Position numbers and translations under genes: made by a program
Shown: positions 25,701 through 38,054 of the stretch, one piece after another
Layout: every line of letters begins with the position of its first letter
How positions within the stretch are numbered: position 1 is the first letter of the stretch
Notes under the pieces: model-generated
The model's database searches: none
Seen by the model: only the letters and a program-made list of their open reading frames with translations
What the model was told of the DNA's origin: nothing
Source of the DNA: Vermamoeba vermiformis
Lineage: Eukaryota
DNA length: 64,000 nt
Assembly: GCA_045837725.1 (NCBI GenBank)
Contig: JBEWZL010000121.1
Span: 372,001-436,000, forward strand
Direction: 5' to 3'

Positions 25701-28218
25701 TTCATCATCATCTTTTTCGTCTTCATTTGTTACTTCAAACTCCTTGAAATGTTTTTTCACGTGGATCGGCACGCGAAATCCGGACATCAATAACGAGTCC
25801 CAAGACGTCAGTACCTATTAATATTATTATTACTATATTAGTAAAGTGGATTTACTTCGGGACCACTACTCACGTTTGAAATTTCATTGTGGTACGCCAA
25901 AAAGCAGTCTATTAATAGCGTGTAGTAATTGAGTTGATTGAAGTCGTAGCTGTGCCCTTCAAACGTTTCTTTCCTCGACAATTCAATGATCTGTCCGATA
26001 TCAAACACCGGCACTCGTTTGTTGTTCTCTGCAACGAACAAATTGACTCGGTCTTGCTGACTTTTTGATTTGTTGTTCGATGAAATTTTTGATTTTCGTC
26101 TGTGCACAGCGACCTCTTCGAGAAACTGTACGATTTGAGTGTCACTGATTAACGGCAATAAATGTTGATAATAAATAGATTCTTTGAGTTCTTGCGGGAA
26201 CTTGTGAATGTTTGTGACGAGCATGTCGAAAATAAATAAGCGCACGTGAAATGCACACGAGTCAATCATACGCAACATCCACTGCACTAACGATGCTTTT
26301 TCTTGTTCTGACAATATTGACGTCACGTGGCTGCTCAGGATCAAGCCTATGATATGCAAAGTGTTATTACCAAATAAGGAAAAAAATTGTTTTAACGTAC
26401 CGCAACGTTGAGAATCGATATTTCCGCTAAATATTTGTTTTTGGATATAAATCATGATCGAATTGGACATGGTCGGTCGATGAGCACACAACGAGACCAA
26501 GGACTCGCTCAATGCGTGCAACACAAAGTAGAAGTCATCTGCGCAAATAAATTAGCTGTAAATATCTTACACTATTCTTTGTCGTACCTGTGATGTTGTT
26601 GTTATTGGCGTCAACAGCGGCCAATGAATGCGGATGCATTAATACTTCCTCAATTAACGGTGCCTATTCAAATCATTATTAAGCTATTCGATTAAATTAT
26701 TCTCTGCACTTACATTAACGACAACATAATCGCCATAGTTCCTCGACAACATCAACAGAATGGCTGCACTGCCTCGTGCTGCATTTGAACTAAAATTGAC
26801 ACCTGTCAGAAATATATTTTTCACCTAATCAGTTTACGGTGTTATTGTTTCTTACTCTTTTGAGCTGTTGCCAGTGGCCGCTTGTTGAAAACATTGCACG
26901 CAGCTTGTCAGCAAGTTACTAATTACCTGTGAAAAATATTAGATATTTTATTTTTGGGTAGTAAGTTTAGAACGTACCTCAGCTCGCGACGCCTCGTATT
27001 TTAAGAATAAAGTGAGAAATAAATCCGAGGCCCATGAAATGAGCACTTTGTTCGATGATTGCAACAAAGTACTGCAAAATGTCACGAGTGCCTGTTGATG
27101 CTCTTTCAACACATTTTTTTCTTCAATAACACTCCTATAATATTCCTTATTAGTATACATTATAATAATAACAATGTAATTATTACTTTAATAGAGCTAG
27201 GTCTGCCGCTTGTCGTGTTAAACTTTGCATTAAAATGTTCAGCGCGTTCGTTGAAATTTTGACTTGAGGGTTATTAACCATAATTAACAATAGTAATATA
27301 TCTAGCTTATATAACTTTGACGTTGATACGGCTTTGAAGAATCTATTCACTGAACGGCAAAAAAAAAAGAGGTTAGGATCCACGTATGAAATTTCCTTTT
27401 TAAAGCGTACCAGCTAACTTGCTAATTTTGAGTGCATTTGACAATACTTCAACTATCATAGGCAGTGCTTTGCTCGACAAGTTTCTAGTCTCTTTTCTAA
27501 TGGCCTCAATGATGTCGCTAGCAAGTTCTAACAATGACGTTAATCTCAGTTTTAATAATAGACATCGTACCTTTCGTCATTGAATGTAATAATGTGCGCA
27601 CTACGGTAGGTAAGTCATCTTCTTCGACAATATTCAGGGCTGATACGGTCAACAAAAACACATCCGTCTAAAAATAAACAGATCAGCATTTGATGTTAAT
27701 GATTGATGCAGTGTTTGTACCTTCATTTTTTCTGGTAATTGTAGTTGTGATAATGAGCCGATAATAGGTAACAAAAATGAGCGATCTACAGTCAAGATCT
27801 GCTTGTACTTCTCGATCACCATTTGAATTTCTTTTGTAGACGTGCCAACGATCTCGGGCAACGCTTCAATAATTAAAATTGGATTTTGATAACATTCTAC
27901 CAGCTCAAGTAGCTATAATTATAATTAGAAATTGTGAACTGTTGGATCGGGATCTTACCTGCTCAGTGATAGCCGCATTAGGCGTTAAATTTCCTGCCAT
28001 GGTTCGTAATATTCGCTTTACATCTTGTTCAGTATCGTTGGCCATAATAATTCGATTTATCAAGTGAGATGCAGTTTCCACCTTTTGGAATAATCCGTCA
28101 ATAATTTTGTAAAATAAGAATATGACTATATAATTAATACCTGTGTATCTGCATCTCGTAATAGTTCGGGAATTATTTTTAATAATTCGTTGATGTCGAT
28201 TGAATCGATAAATTCCAT
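22711..28218 (-). CDS. Fanconi anaemia group D2-like protein (divergent); many exons
   Basis: IEALPEIVG, LLPIIGSLSQLQL, VEEDDLPTVVRTLL, YIQKQIFSG (matches the FANCD2 IRKQLS ubiquitination-site context), late LPRMIYHVEKF, acidic tail. Start codon tentative. Confidence 0.7.
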
Positions 28219-28521
28219 ATTTTGTAATCAAGCTCTTCAGGGTTGAATGGGAAGGTAATTTAGGCAAATAATAATAATATTATCTAATAAGACATCGTCT
28301 ATTGTCGTTCCTTTCGTTTTTAATGAATAATAGTTGCGTAATTTGGCGGGCTTTTTTTAGGCTGACAAAAATGGCTGAAACAGAATGAAAATTCTTTCAA
28401 TTATTTGTGTGGAGATGGCCACCACATCAAATTGTATATAGTATTTATTTTAATTAATATCAAGCATCAGTATTTTCCGAAGATATTTCAGAAGATTACC
28501 TTGTGACATCCATCTTTCATA

Positions 28522-30374
28522 ATGGAAGTAAGTGCGCTAATTTATCAATAAAAATCATAATTTTTATTTCGATAATTAATTAAATAAATCTAAGCTTATT
28601 TCCGATTTTATGCGTAAAAATTTTTTGATCAAACAAAATAAAATATTCTAATACGGTATTTATCTGTTAGGCCGATCCTGCACCTACCAACTTACAAAAT
28701 GTTAACGAGAGCACGCCTCTTTTAGTTCCGGCAATTAATACAGAAGCGGATCCAGAACTGCAACCAATAATTGGTTTCAGACCAGCCCCGAAGGCTCGCG
28801 TGCGCAGCTTAGATGTATTTAGAGGAATTACTATAGTCGGAATGATACTAGTTGATAATCAAGGCGAACTAATGAACAAAGACAAGCACATTCTGTGGCC
28901 GATCGACGAATCTGCTGTAAGTGCTAGACTCAGTTTAGATTACACAATAGGCTAATTATATTGTAGTGGAATGGCTTGAGACCTAGCGATTGCGTATTTC
29001 CGTTTTTCTTATTCATTATGGGCATGGCCGTAGCTTTTGCGTTAAAACGAGAGGATCCGAAAAAACTTGGCAGTACGTCTTTACTTAACAACCTCCATAA
29101 ATTAAAGCTAACATATTTATAGCATGGCTAAGAGTACTAAGAAGATTTCTAATCTTGTTTGCCGTTGGTATATTTTTCAATTTGTTTGGCAGCAAGTTCA
29201 ATTTTGCTCATTTTCGCATTCCTGGGTACGTATGAATACGATTCTATTCATATCATAATATGCTCATACGTCTATAGAGTACTTCAACGCATCGCTGTAT
29301 GCTACACATTGGTCTCTATCATTTATTTAGCTATTCCCGTATTTTTGGGCCGTCTGGCTGTTATCTTAGGCATGACGGGGCTCTATTTAGGCATTATATA
29401 TGGCTATCCAGTGCCTGAATGTGGACGCGCTATTTTAACACCCGCGTGCAATGCTGCTGGTCATATTGACCGCGCGGTATTTGGTCCAAATTATATGATC
29501 AAACCAACGGATCCAGAAGGCGTTTTATCCACTTTAACAGGTAAATGTCGATACATTAATACGACGTAATTCAAATCGATATACAATAAGTCAATACAAG
29601 CATAATGAACTCTCGCGCAAGATCCGGATCTTTTTTTTATCAGATGTATTTTGTTGAGGTAAATACTAATGATCGTTTTATTATCGTAGCCACCCTCACT
29701 ACATTCTTGGGCCTATGCTTCGGTCTGATTATGAACAAATTCAAAGACCGCAGACCTACAGTTCCGTCATTCCTAGACACCGAGGACGAGAAGCGAGTGA
29801 AGCAGACAGCAGTTGAAGAGAGCAATTTGGACACGTTGAAGTGGTGGGTGGTATTAGCGACTTGCCTAGTCATATTCCCAGTCTTGTTGGAGATCAAGTT
29901 GCCCATCTTCGCCTTCAACAAAAAATTATGGTCGTTCACATTCGCGTTGATTACAGCAGGTATCGCTGGCCTAGTGCTATCATTGTGCTTCTTTTTTGTC
30001 GATGTTATCGACTATTTCCTCGAAAAAAGAGGCAAAAAAGTTGTGGATGTGATCATCGCGCCGTTCTTATGGCTTGGAATGAACTCGCTGCTTATATTCT
30101 TGGCAATGATATTGTTAGAGATCTTATTGATGGTATGTATTGCATTATTGATGTCGATTTTAAGGCTAATAAGGCTTTTTAGAGCATTTTCCATGTGGAT
30201 CTGGACGATCAAGGCACTACGCAGTCATTATGGGCTTATTTATACGAAAATGGTTTCCATTCATGGATCCCTAGCGCACCATGGGCCTCACTAGTCTTCT
30301 CACTCGCGCATTTGTTGTTATGGCTTGGAGTTGCTGCCCTTTGCTATTTTAGGAAATTTTTCCTCAAGATCTAA
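28522..30374 (+). CDS. HGSNAT: Heparan-alpha-glucosaminide N-acetyltransferase-like membrane protein; multi-exon
   Basis: RVRSLDVFRGITIVGMILVD, WNGL.PSDCVFPFFLFIMG, RIPGVLQRI, CNAAGHIDR, DPEGVLSTL, NKKLWS, WLGMNSL; 6-nt first coding exon ATGGAA|gtaagt. Confidence 0.88.
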
Positions 30375-30819
30375 AAAAAGGATCCTGAGGCCAACAAACG
30401 GTCAGTGTACATTTTAAACTTATTTTTAAATAAATTTTGTCGAGTTAACAATAACCGCTGCATCATTGCGGTGAAGGCAAGTTGGATCCCGGGCAGTACA
30501 AGGTAACAAAAATACTTCTTCTTTCTAACGTTCATGAAATGGAATTAGAATCGACTTTAAACATTCAACATGATAATATTATTACTCTACGCAAAATTTT
30601 AATGCCAACAATCTAATCGAAAGCAAGAATTAGTCTTTATAATTATTGAATTTTTAAAAATAATACTATGCACTGGCAGATATTTTAAACAGCCTAATTA
30701 TAATATTCAATTGTGTATATAATATACAAATTATTTAAACGGCGGTAATAGATTAAAGGCTAAAAATTCAATTTCAGCGCCACCAAGGAAATTTTTACTA
30801 CACTAGCAACAATAATAAT

Positions 30820-32491
30820 ATGGCAGAAGAAGTACAAACCGGCTTTGTGATCGATAATGGAGCTGAATTTACGCGAGCTGGGTTCTCGGGGGATCCGATG
30901 CCGAGAGCTGTTTTGCCTACAGTCGTGGGACAACGCCGACATAATGGTATAATCGGGTCAGAGGATAAACAACATTGTAAGTATCATTTTAATTATTTTT
31001 TGCTTCGACGGGTATTTCATCAACGCATCTAACTTAACTTTATTTTAGATGTGGGCGATGATGCTGAGAGTCACCGAGGAATCCTTAATTTAAGCTTCCC
31101 TATGCATAGAGGTAACTTTACAATATTTCTTTGCTCTTACTAATTGGTAGTATTAATATAGGGCTTATAAATAATTTCGACGACATGCAGCGGATCTGGC
31201 ATAACATCTTTTACGAACAACTCAAGCTCAACGTATTTGACGCACCGACTATAATGACCGAGTCACCTTTAGCACCTGCAGCGCAGCGCGAGAAGACTAC
31301 TGAAGTCATGTTTGAGTACTTCAGCTCCCCTGCCTTTTTCATGAAAGACACTGCTTCATTTGCTATTTTTAGCTCGGGCCATGACTCGGGCGTGTTAGTG
31401 GAGTCGGGTACGATACGATATTGCCTTATTCGGAATATACTGATGCGCTCGTACTGATATTTTATCGTGCGAAGGTGCTGGTACGACGACCGTGGTGCCG
31501 TTTTATAAGAACAATATTATTAAGTCTGCTATTGTGAGCATGGACATTGGCGGTGAAGATTTGACCGCTTACCTTGTCAAATCATTGGCTAATAAGAAGT
31601 AAGTCTATAATAATCATTTTAGTGGTACGAAAAAAAAACTGTTATAGCAATGGTATTTATCGCTCTTTTAATTATTATAGCATTGACTTAACAAATACTG
31701 TCGGTCAAGCACTAGCGGGCGCCTATAAACAAAAGCATTGCTTTGTGGCGCTGGATCCAACTACTCAACAGCCTCAGACTGTCACTGTTGAGCTACCGAC
31801 AGGAGAAATTGTACAAATAAGTACGTACTTATTTACATATATAGTTAGATTATTTCTTTTTTTAAGTACAATCAAACTGGAAAGTATTGTTCCGTAAGAG
31901 AAATCAAAGCGGATCTACTGGGCTTTAATTTATTAATATTCAGTGAAATTATTCATATCGGTAGTATTTTGAACATTAATAGTGTTATGATTGCTATATT
32001 AGATCTAAGTTCCAATTTTTCTTGACTTTTTTTTTTATCAAATTTATTTCTTCCGTTCAACTACTAACACGGTACAAATAGCCGATGAGCTGCATACAGT
32101 GCCTGAAGTGTTGTTTCAACCACCACTGCTCGGTGTTGAATGCGATGGTGTTCATCAACTGATCTGCAGTGCGATCAAGAAGACAGATCCGGCCATTCAG
32201 TCCAAGCTCTGGAAGACTATTATATTATCTGGCGGCAACACGTTGTTCAACGGCTTCGAACAACGGCTGCAAAAAGAATTGACGCCATTAGCGCACGCCC
32301 CACCAGAGAGGCAGATCCGCGTGATTGCAGAGCCTAACCGCAAATACCTGCCATACAGCGGTGCCTCGATGATTGCGTCGCTCGAGTCATTTCAACAGTT
32401 TTGGGTCACAAAAGAGGAGTACGATGAGAATGGGCCGGGCATCATGGCTACGCGACAGGAGTCCGTCGATAATGAGTTTAGTACCGCTTAA
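30820..32491 (+). CDS. Divergent actin / actin-related protein; multi-exon
   Basis: VIDNG..TRAGFSGD..PRAV.PTVVG, YVGDDA, DDMQRIWH, TESPL.P..QREK, IGGEDLT, PEVLFQP, ILSGGNT, WVTKEEYDE.GP. Confidence 0.92.
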
Positions 32492-32788
32492 CATGTTGTA
32501 TATCATTTATTAATATAAGTCAAATGCTTAGTAGTGGATAAATATTGCTAGTAAAGCACTATTAGATCTTGCGCCACTGTAATGAATATCAGTACTGGCC
32601 GTAAATCCGTTTCTTTTGCACCATCCTTTTAAAATAAGACTATTATATGTATAAATATAGTGAGATGTCTGTAGTTCAACAGTTTTTGTTCGCTCTTGCC
32701 GGCAAGTCTTGAGTTAAAATCAATTTCAATATTTTTTCGAATATTTTCGAGTCAACCGACTAGTGTAATACAACAAAGTAATAACAAT

Positions 32789-35117
32789 ATGGCCGACAAG
32801 CCTCAATTAACCTTGCTGCACTTTAATGATGCCTATCATATTGAACCGCGCGATAAAGAACCTGTGGCTGGTGGTGCAAGGTAAATAATAATTTTTAATT
32901 ACTTTATAATTATTATTGTAATATTATTTGCGACGATCAAACGAATACTCCTCAAATCCAGAAAATTTGAAATAATATCTTTGTTTTAGATTCGTTACCG
33001 CCGTTCGTCAATACAAAGAAGAAAATCCATTAATAATATGCAGCGGTGATTTATTCAATCCCTCGCTTAGTAAGTGATCTAATGCTCAAGTCGGGTGATC
33101 TAAATTTTTAAAAATAATTTTAAATTTCCAGTGAGCACCGTATTTAAAGGCCGACAAATGGTTCCAGTGTTAAATGAGGTAATTTAATTATATTAATATT
33201 AATATTGCTTGATATTAACAATGAACAGATTGGCATCCATTACGCGGTGGTTGGAAATCACGACTTTGATTTTGGAATTGACAATTTGAACAAATTAATT
33301 AAGCAAACTAAATTCGAGTAAGTAATAATAAAATCAACACTAATAATCACGATGTAGAGCGGATCTGACGGAAATTCTAGAATTTGCAACAAATACTAAT
33401 CCTTAAATTTAAGATGGTTATTATCGAATGTCGTAGATACTAAGGGCGAACAATTAGTGAGCACTATTCGTTCAAAAGTTGTGGATTGGAACGGCGTTAA
33501 AGTTGGCTTGATGGGCCTCGTGGAAGAAGAATGGCTCGTGACCCTCAACATTGACGTCACTCAATTGAAGTACACAGGTATGATATAGACGCCTATAATA
33601 TATTGTTCTAATATAGGTCTCGGCTATGTATTAGATTTCGTTACTGAAGGCCGAAAACTCGTGCAAGAACTTAAATCCCAGGGTGCTGAAGTCATCCTCG
33701 CCGTGACTCACATGCGCGTACCTAACGACACCAAACTCGCTGAACAAGTTGAAGGCATCGATGTCGTATTGGTAAGAGTCCTATTATAATGATACTTTAC
33801 TATCTGAACCTGGTCCCGTGTCACTGTAGCTCTTGATGATGTCACTTGGATCTCACTTTGTGATATTCTAGGGCGGTCATGATCATCACTACGAGATTAA
33901 AGAAGTCAATGGCACATTGATCGTTAAATCGGGCACTGATTTCAGACAATTGACCAAAGTTGATCTGTTCAAGAAACCACGCGAGGAGTTGAAAGACATG
34001 AAGAACTATACCTTCAAAACCACCACCATTGATATTGTTGGCAGCATTCCTGAGGACCCGAAGACGAAACAAATTGTCGATGGATTTGACGAGCAGTTCC
34101 GTGCACGAATGGACAAAATCATCGCGCAAGCTGAGGTCAAACTGGATGCGTCAAACGAAGCTGTCAGAACTCGCGAGTCTAACGTCGGTACGTACATTAT
34201 TTGTATTGTATTAACATATATATTAACAATTTTGAAGGTAATTTGGTCTGTGATTGCATGTGCCGAGAATTGAACGCGCAAATTGCCATTTTGAGTAAGT
34301 GACATTTAGCAATAAAAACTCCGTGTCTAATGATTTTTAGACGGTGGAACAATTAGATCTGACGATACCTATGGCCCTGGACCTATTACCGTAAAAGGCA
34401 AGTTCTTGTTAAAATTTCTAACGTCGTACTTACGGTCTCAAACCAGATCTGCTCTCGCTCTTTCCCTTCGAAGATATTTGCGTGGTAATTAAAGTTAGCG
34501 GCAGTGATGTTATTAAAGCTCTTGAGAACGGCGTTAGGTAACATTAATATCGTTCATTATTAATATAAGAAGTATGCTAATGTATCCTTTGATGCAGCCA
34601 GTACCCCAAGTTCGAAGGTCGATGGCCGCAAGTCTCTGGCATTAACTTTGAATGGGACCCGACCAAACCACCAGGCAGTCGTATTGTCAGTGTTACTTTC
34701 GGCGATAAGCCTCTGGATCCGAACTCTGAGTACACGCTCTGCACCAAGTCTTACATGACGCAAGGCAAGGACGGATATGACATGTTGATGAACAAGCCGA
34801 TGATTGTCGATGAAGAGAATGGACTGTTGATCTCGACAATGATGCGCAATTACTTTAGAAAGTTGTGCGTGGTCAATGCATTGAGCGAGCATTTGAACTT
34901 GAAGAAAGACGTCGTGTCAACTTGGAAACAATTTGCAAAGGACAAACACCACGAGCACGAGCAACAAAAGGCTGCCGCTGCCGCTCCATCAAGCGAGAAT
35001 CAAACGAGCATTAAAGAATTGTTGGGCTTGTCTAATAAGTACTTGGATCGAGCGCACCATTGCCCGATCATTAATGTTACTGAACAAGGACGCATTAAGA
35101 TGGTTCAAAATAAGTAA
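32789..35117 (+). CDS. 5'-nucleotidase / bifunctional metallophosphatase (cytosolic, no signal peptide); multi-exon
   Basis: HFNDAY, SGDLFNPS, GNHDFDFG, THMR, GGHDH, KSGTDFR, RTRESNVGN, GGTIRSD, ALENGVS, EGRWPQVSG, GKDGY. Confidence 0.92.
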
Positions 35118-35221
35118 TTAATATTACTAATAAACTAATGTACCTTTATTTACAAATATAAAGCCTAAAGATCAGCAGATCAAGGTTTATTCGAATCCGA
35201 AAACCAAAACTCCGATCCGAT

Positions 35222-36340
35222 CTACACCTTGGAAGACAACTCGCTGTAAACTTTACCATTTACAGTAGTAGTGCTGGCACTAGTCTTGCCTTCGAGCATG
35301 AGACGGCGAGTGTGCACGATCGAGAGCACGAAGATGGCAAGGTTGAGACCAAAAGTCCATAACGAGATGCCCCAAGCAATGAATGGGGCGGTGATCTCGA
35401 GGGGCGAGGGGCTCTTGACGCCCGTGCGTGCTTGTTGAGTGCGTGAGTTAGCGGGATCTGACTCGCGTTGATTGGTCTCTTGCTCGTTGTTAGTGTTTTG
35501 ACCAGGACGACCAGGGCGACCGTGGCGAGGACCTTGGTGATCACGCTGTTGTTGCTCATTGTCACCTTGACGAGGCTCTTGGTCATTGTTGTCGTCACGT
35601 GGATCTTGACCTTCGTGACCACCAGGATGGCCGTGATGACCAGGGCGACCAGGGCCACCAGGGAAACCAGGACCACAGTGACCGGGGCGACCAGGACCGC
35701 CAGGACCGCCGGGGAAAGGAGGCAAGTCGCCAGGGAAGGGTGGGAGTTCACCAGGGCCAGGGAAAGGAGGCAGATACGCAGGGAGAGGAGGACACTCGCC
35801 TGGACCACCAGGACCACCAGGGCCATGAGGACGAGGAGGACGTTGACCTGGACCACCGGGACCGTGAGGATGAGGAGGACGATCGCTGCCTGGAGCGAAA
35901 GTAGGGAACTCATCCGAAGGCAGGTTGTATTGAGTACGAGTCTCGTCTTCATTGGGCAAGTTGGTTCTGTTGCCCGTGGAATATCGTCCGGGAGCAACAA
36001 ACAAATGGAACAATAAAAAGGTGAAACCAACGGCGCGCAAGATCGTGTTGACACCAGAGACTGAAAATTCCAAATAAAATTATTAACATAATCTAATAAT
36101 TATTATAAACCAAGTATGGTACTTACAGACTGATGAAGTGATCAGGCTCTTTTTGCCGTATTTTTTCGCCGCGGTAACAGCCATAATCGAAACAGCCAAG
36201 TCACCGAAAGAGGTGAAGTCAAATAATATCAAGGCAGGCAACATAGAAACAACTGCTATAATAGCAAATGATGAGGTAGCAATGCTTACGCCCATTAGGA
36301 ACAGGCCGACTCCAAACAGGCCTTCAGATCGAATAGTCAT
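35222..36340 (-). CDS. Multi-pass membrane protein with a large Pro/Gly/His-rich loop; two exons
   Basis: Hydrophobic ORF 36083-36340 joined by a GT-AG intron to ORF 35222-36073 carrying GPGGPG/PPFPG repeats and a C-terminal TM helix. Confidence 0.7.
35600..35880 (-). repeat. Coding low-complexity Pro-Gly repeats
   Basis: Recurrent GGACCACCAG/CCAGGG units encoding GPGGPG, PPFPG, GRPGH. Confidence 0.8.
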
Positions 36341-36517
36341 CTTTGCTTGCTATTCTTGGACTACCTTTGTTCGTTGAATAACATTAACCGTGTAAAGAGC
36401 TATTTATATTCTCTCTTTCCACGTGTATGCGTTATGGTATGGTATGCATTTAGAAAAACGGAAATTTGGTAGGATCTGTATGAGCACGTGCGTTACATTT
36501 ATTTTAGATATGAGGAT

Positions 36518-37566
36518 TTAATAATCCACACCAGACCAATTCAAATCGACATTTTGACCACATTGCTTAACATCTCCAGAGAATTGCTTGATGGTCGGGA
36601 AGGTCCATCCGCCGAAAGCGCGGAAGTCATCAACTGTACGAGCAGTGTATGAGCTTTAAATCACATATATATTGATGGTATGTACTTACAGTTTTGTTTG
36701 CCGTCATAGCGAGCATACCAAAGGGGGAACTCGCCGCCGTGGGCCCAGTCCAGACCCATGATCTGCTGCCATTGATACAAGCTAGTGTAAATGCCAACAT
36801 TGTAGCCTATGGTACGATCATATAAGGCTCGATACCTATTACACAATGATATGCTTGATATGCGTACCTTTGTTAACAGTGGCCTCGACGAGCTCGTCAA
36901 AGAAGGCTCTGTTCTTGGTTTGATCTTTGTTCCAGAATTTCAACTCCTAATAATCAGTTTAGAATAGGCATGTTGGTATTATTATAGACACAAACCTCGA
37001 TATCGAGCCACATGGTATTGAATATAACTTGATTTGTGTTAAGGTACGTGTACATCTCTTCAACTTGATCAGTGGCAGATTTAGAGCAGAGAGGGCAAGG
37101 GAACATGTAGAGATCAACCTGAGGCATATCTATTGAATGTTAGTCTTTGTATATCGTAAATCATCGCAATCCAACGTACTAGCAGCTTGGGCACTAAAAA
37201 AAGAATAATATCAGAAACTGAATCCAGTACGGAAGAAATTATCTCGCAGTATTAGGCTTACTTCGCAACAGTTTGAGCAGCATTAACGTCGGGCTTGCCA
37301 TTGCTCTGGTAGGCCTGCAAAAAACGTATGATTAGTACGCGTACCGCGATTTTTTGGGTAGATCCGTTTTGGCTCGTAAGAAACGAGTCTTAATTTAATT
37401 CCTTATTATTATTAGTACATACTCTAACACCAGCGAAAGTATATCCCGAGGCGACAAAGCATTCGAATACTTTTTGAGAGGTGGGCTGGCTAACATCCAT
37501 ACCTAAAGTAGCCGCCATGGCGATGGTGGCCATGCCGAGTACTAAGCAAGCAACTGCAACCTTCAT
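36518..37566 (-). CDS. GH25 lysozyme (amoebozoan/nematode Lys type), secreted; multi-exon
   Basis: Signal peptide MKVAVACLVLG, GMDVSQ, VRAYQSNGKPD.N, DLYMFPC, MWLDIE, GIYTS..QW, LWYARYD, FGGWTFPTIKQF. Confidence 0.92.
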
Positions 37567-38054
37567 AGTAGTGTTATGTTGTACTAGAGTGAAGTAATCG
37601 GTACAAATAAAAATTTTGTCGAGCCCGAAAGTCGATCCTTTTTTTTTTTGACGCAGGGCATTCTGCTAAGTTTCAACCTGCTTTGTAGCAACATATCTTA
37701 TGTTTGAATTAAGGTTAGACTCTAGGCCGAGTTATGCCAGAACGATGATGAAAAGCCACAGATTGGCTGCCTGTAACGGCTAGTTCCTTAGAAAAGATTT
37801 TCAACGATTGGTAATTAAAGATAGGCATCAAAATTTACTATTTTAATTAATTTACCGAGCAACTGTTCAATTAAAGTTCGCTAGTAATTTAGTTGAGTTT
37901 TAGATTAATTTTCTTCGTGCAACCAAAAAACGTAAAATTCAGTCGCAATAATCAATATTATTATTTGTCGAAAGCGTCAACCATACGAATTAATTTACCA
38001 AATACGAAAGTACTTTTTGACAGATTAGATTCGATTCCACAGTTATTAATCAAT

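Noticed and set aside
34582-34590. GTATCCTTT U12-type donor consensus
   Set aside because: It lies at the 3' end of an ordinary GT-AG intron, not at an exon boundary; the same holds for 50352, which is on the non-coding strand.
35260-36054. Long overlapping alternative-frame and antisense ORFs
   Set aside because: By-products of the GC-rich Pro-Gly repeat, which lacks stop codons in other frames.
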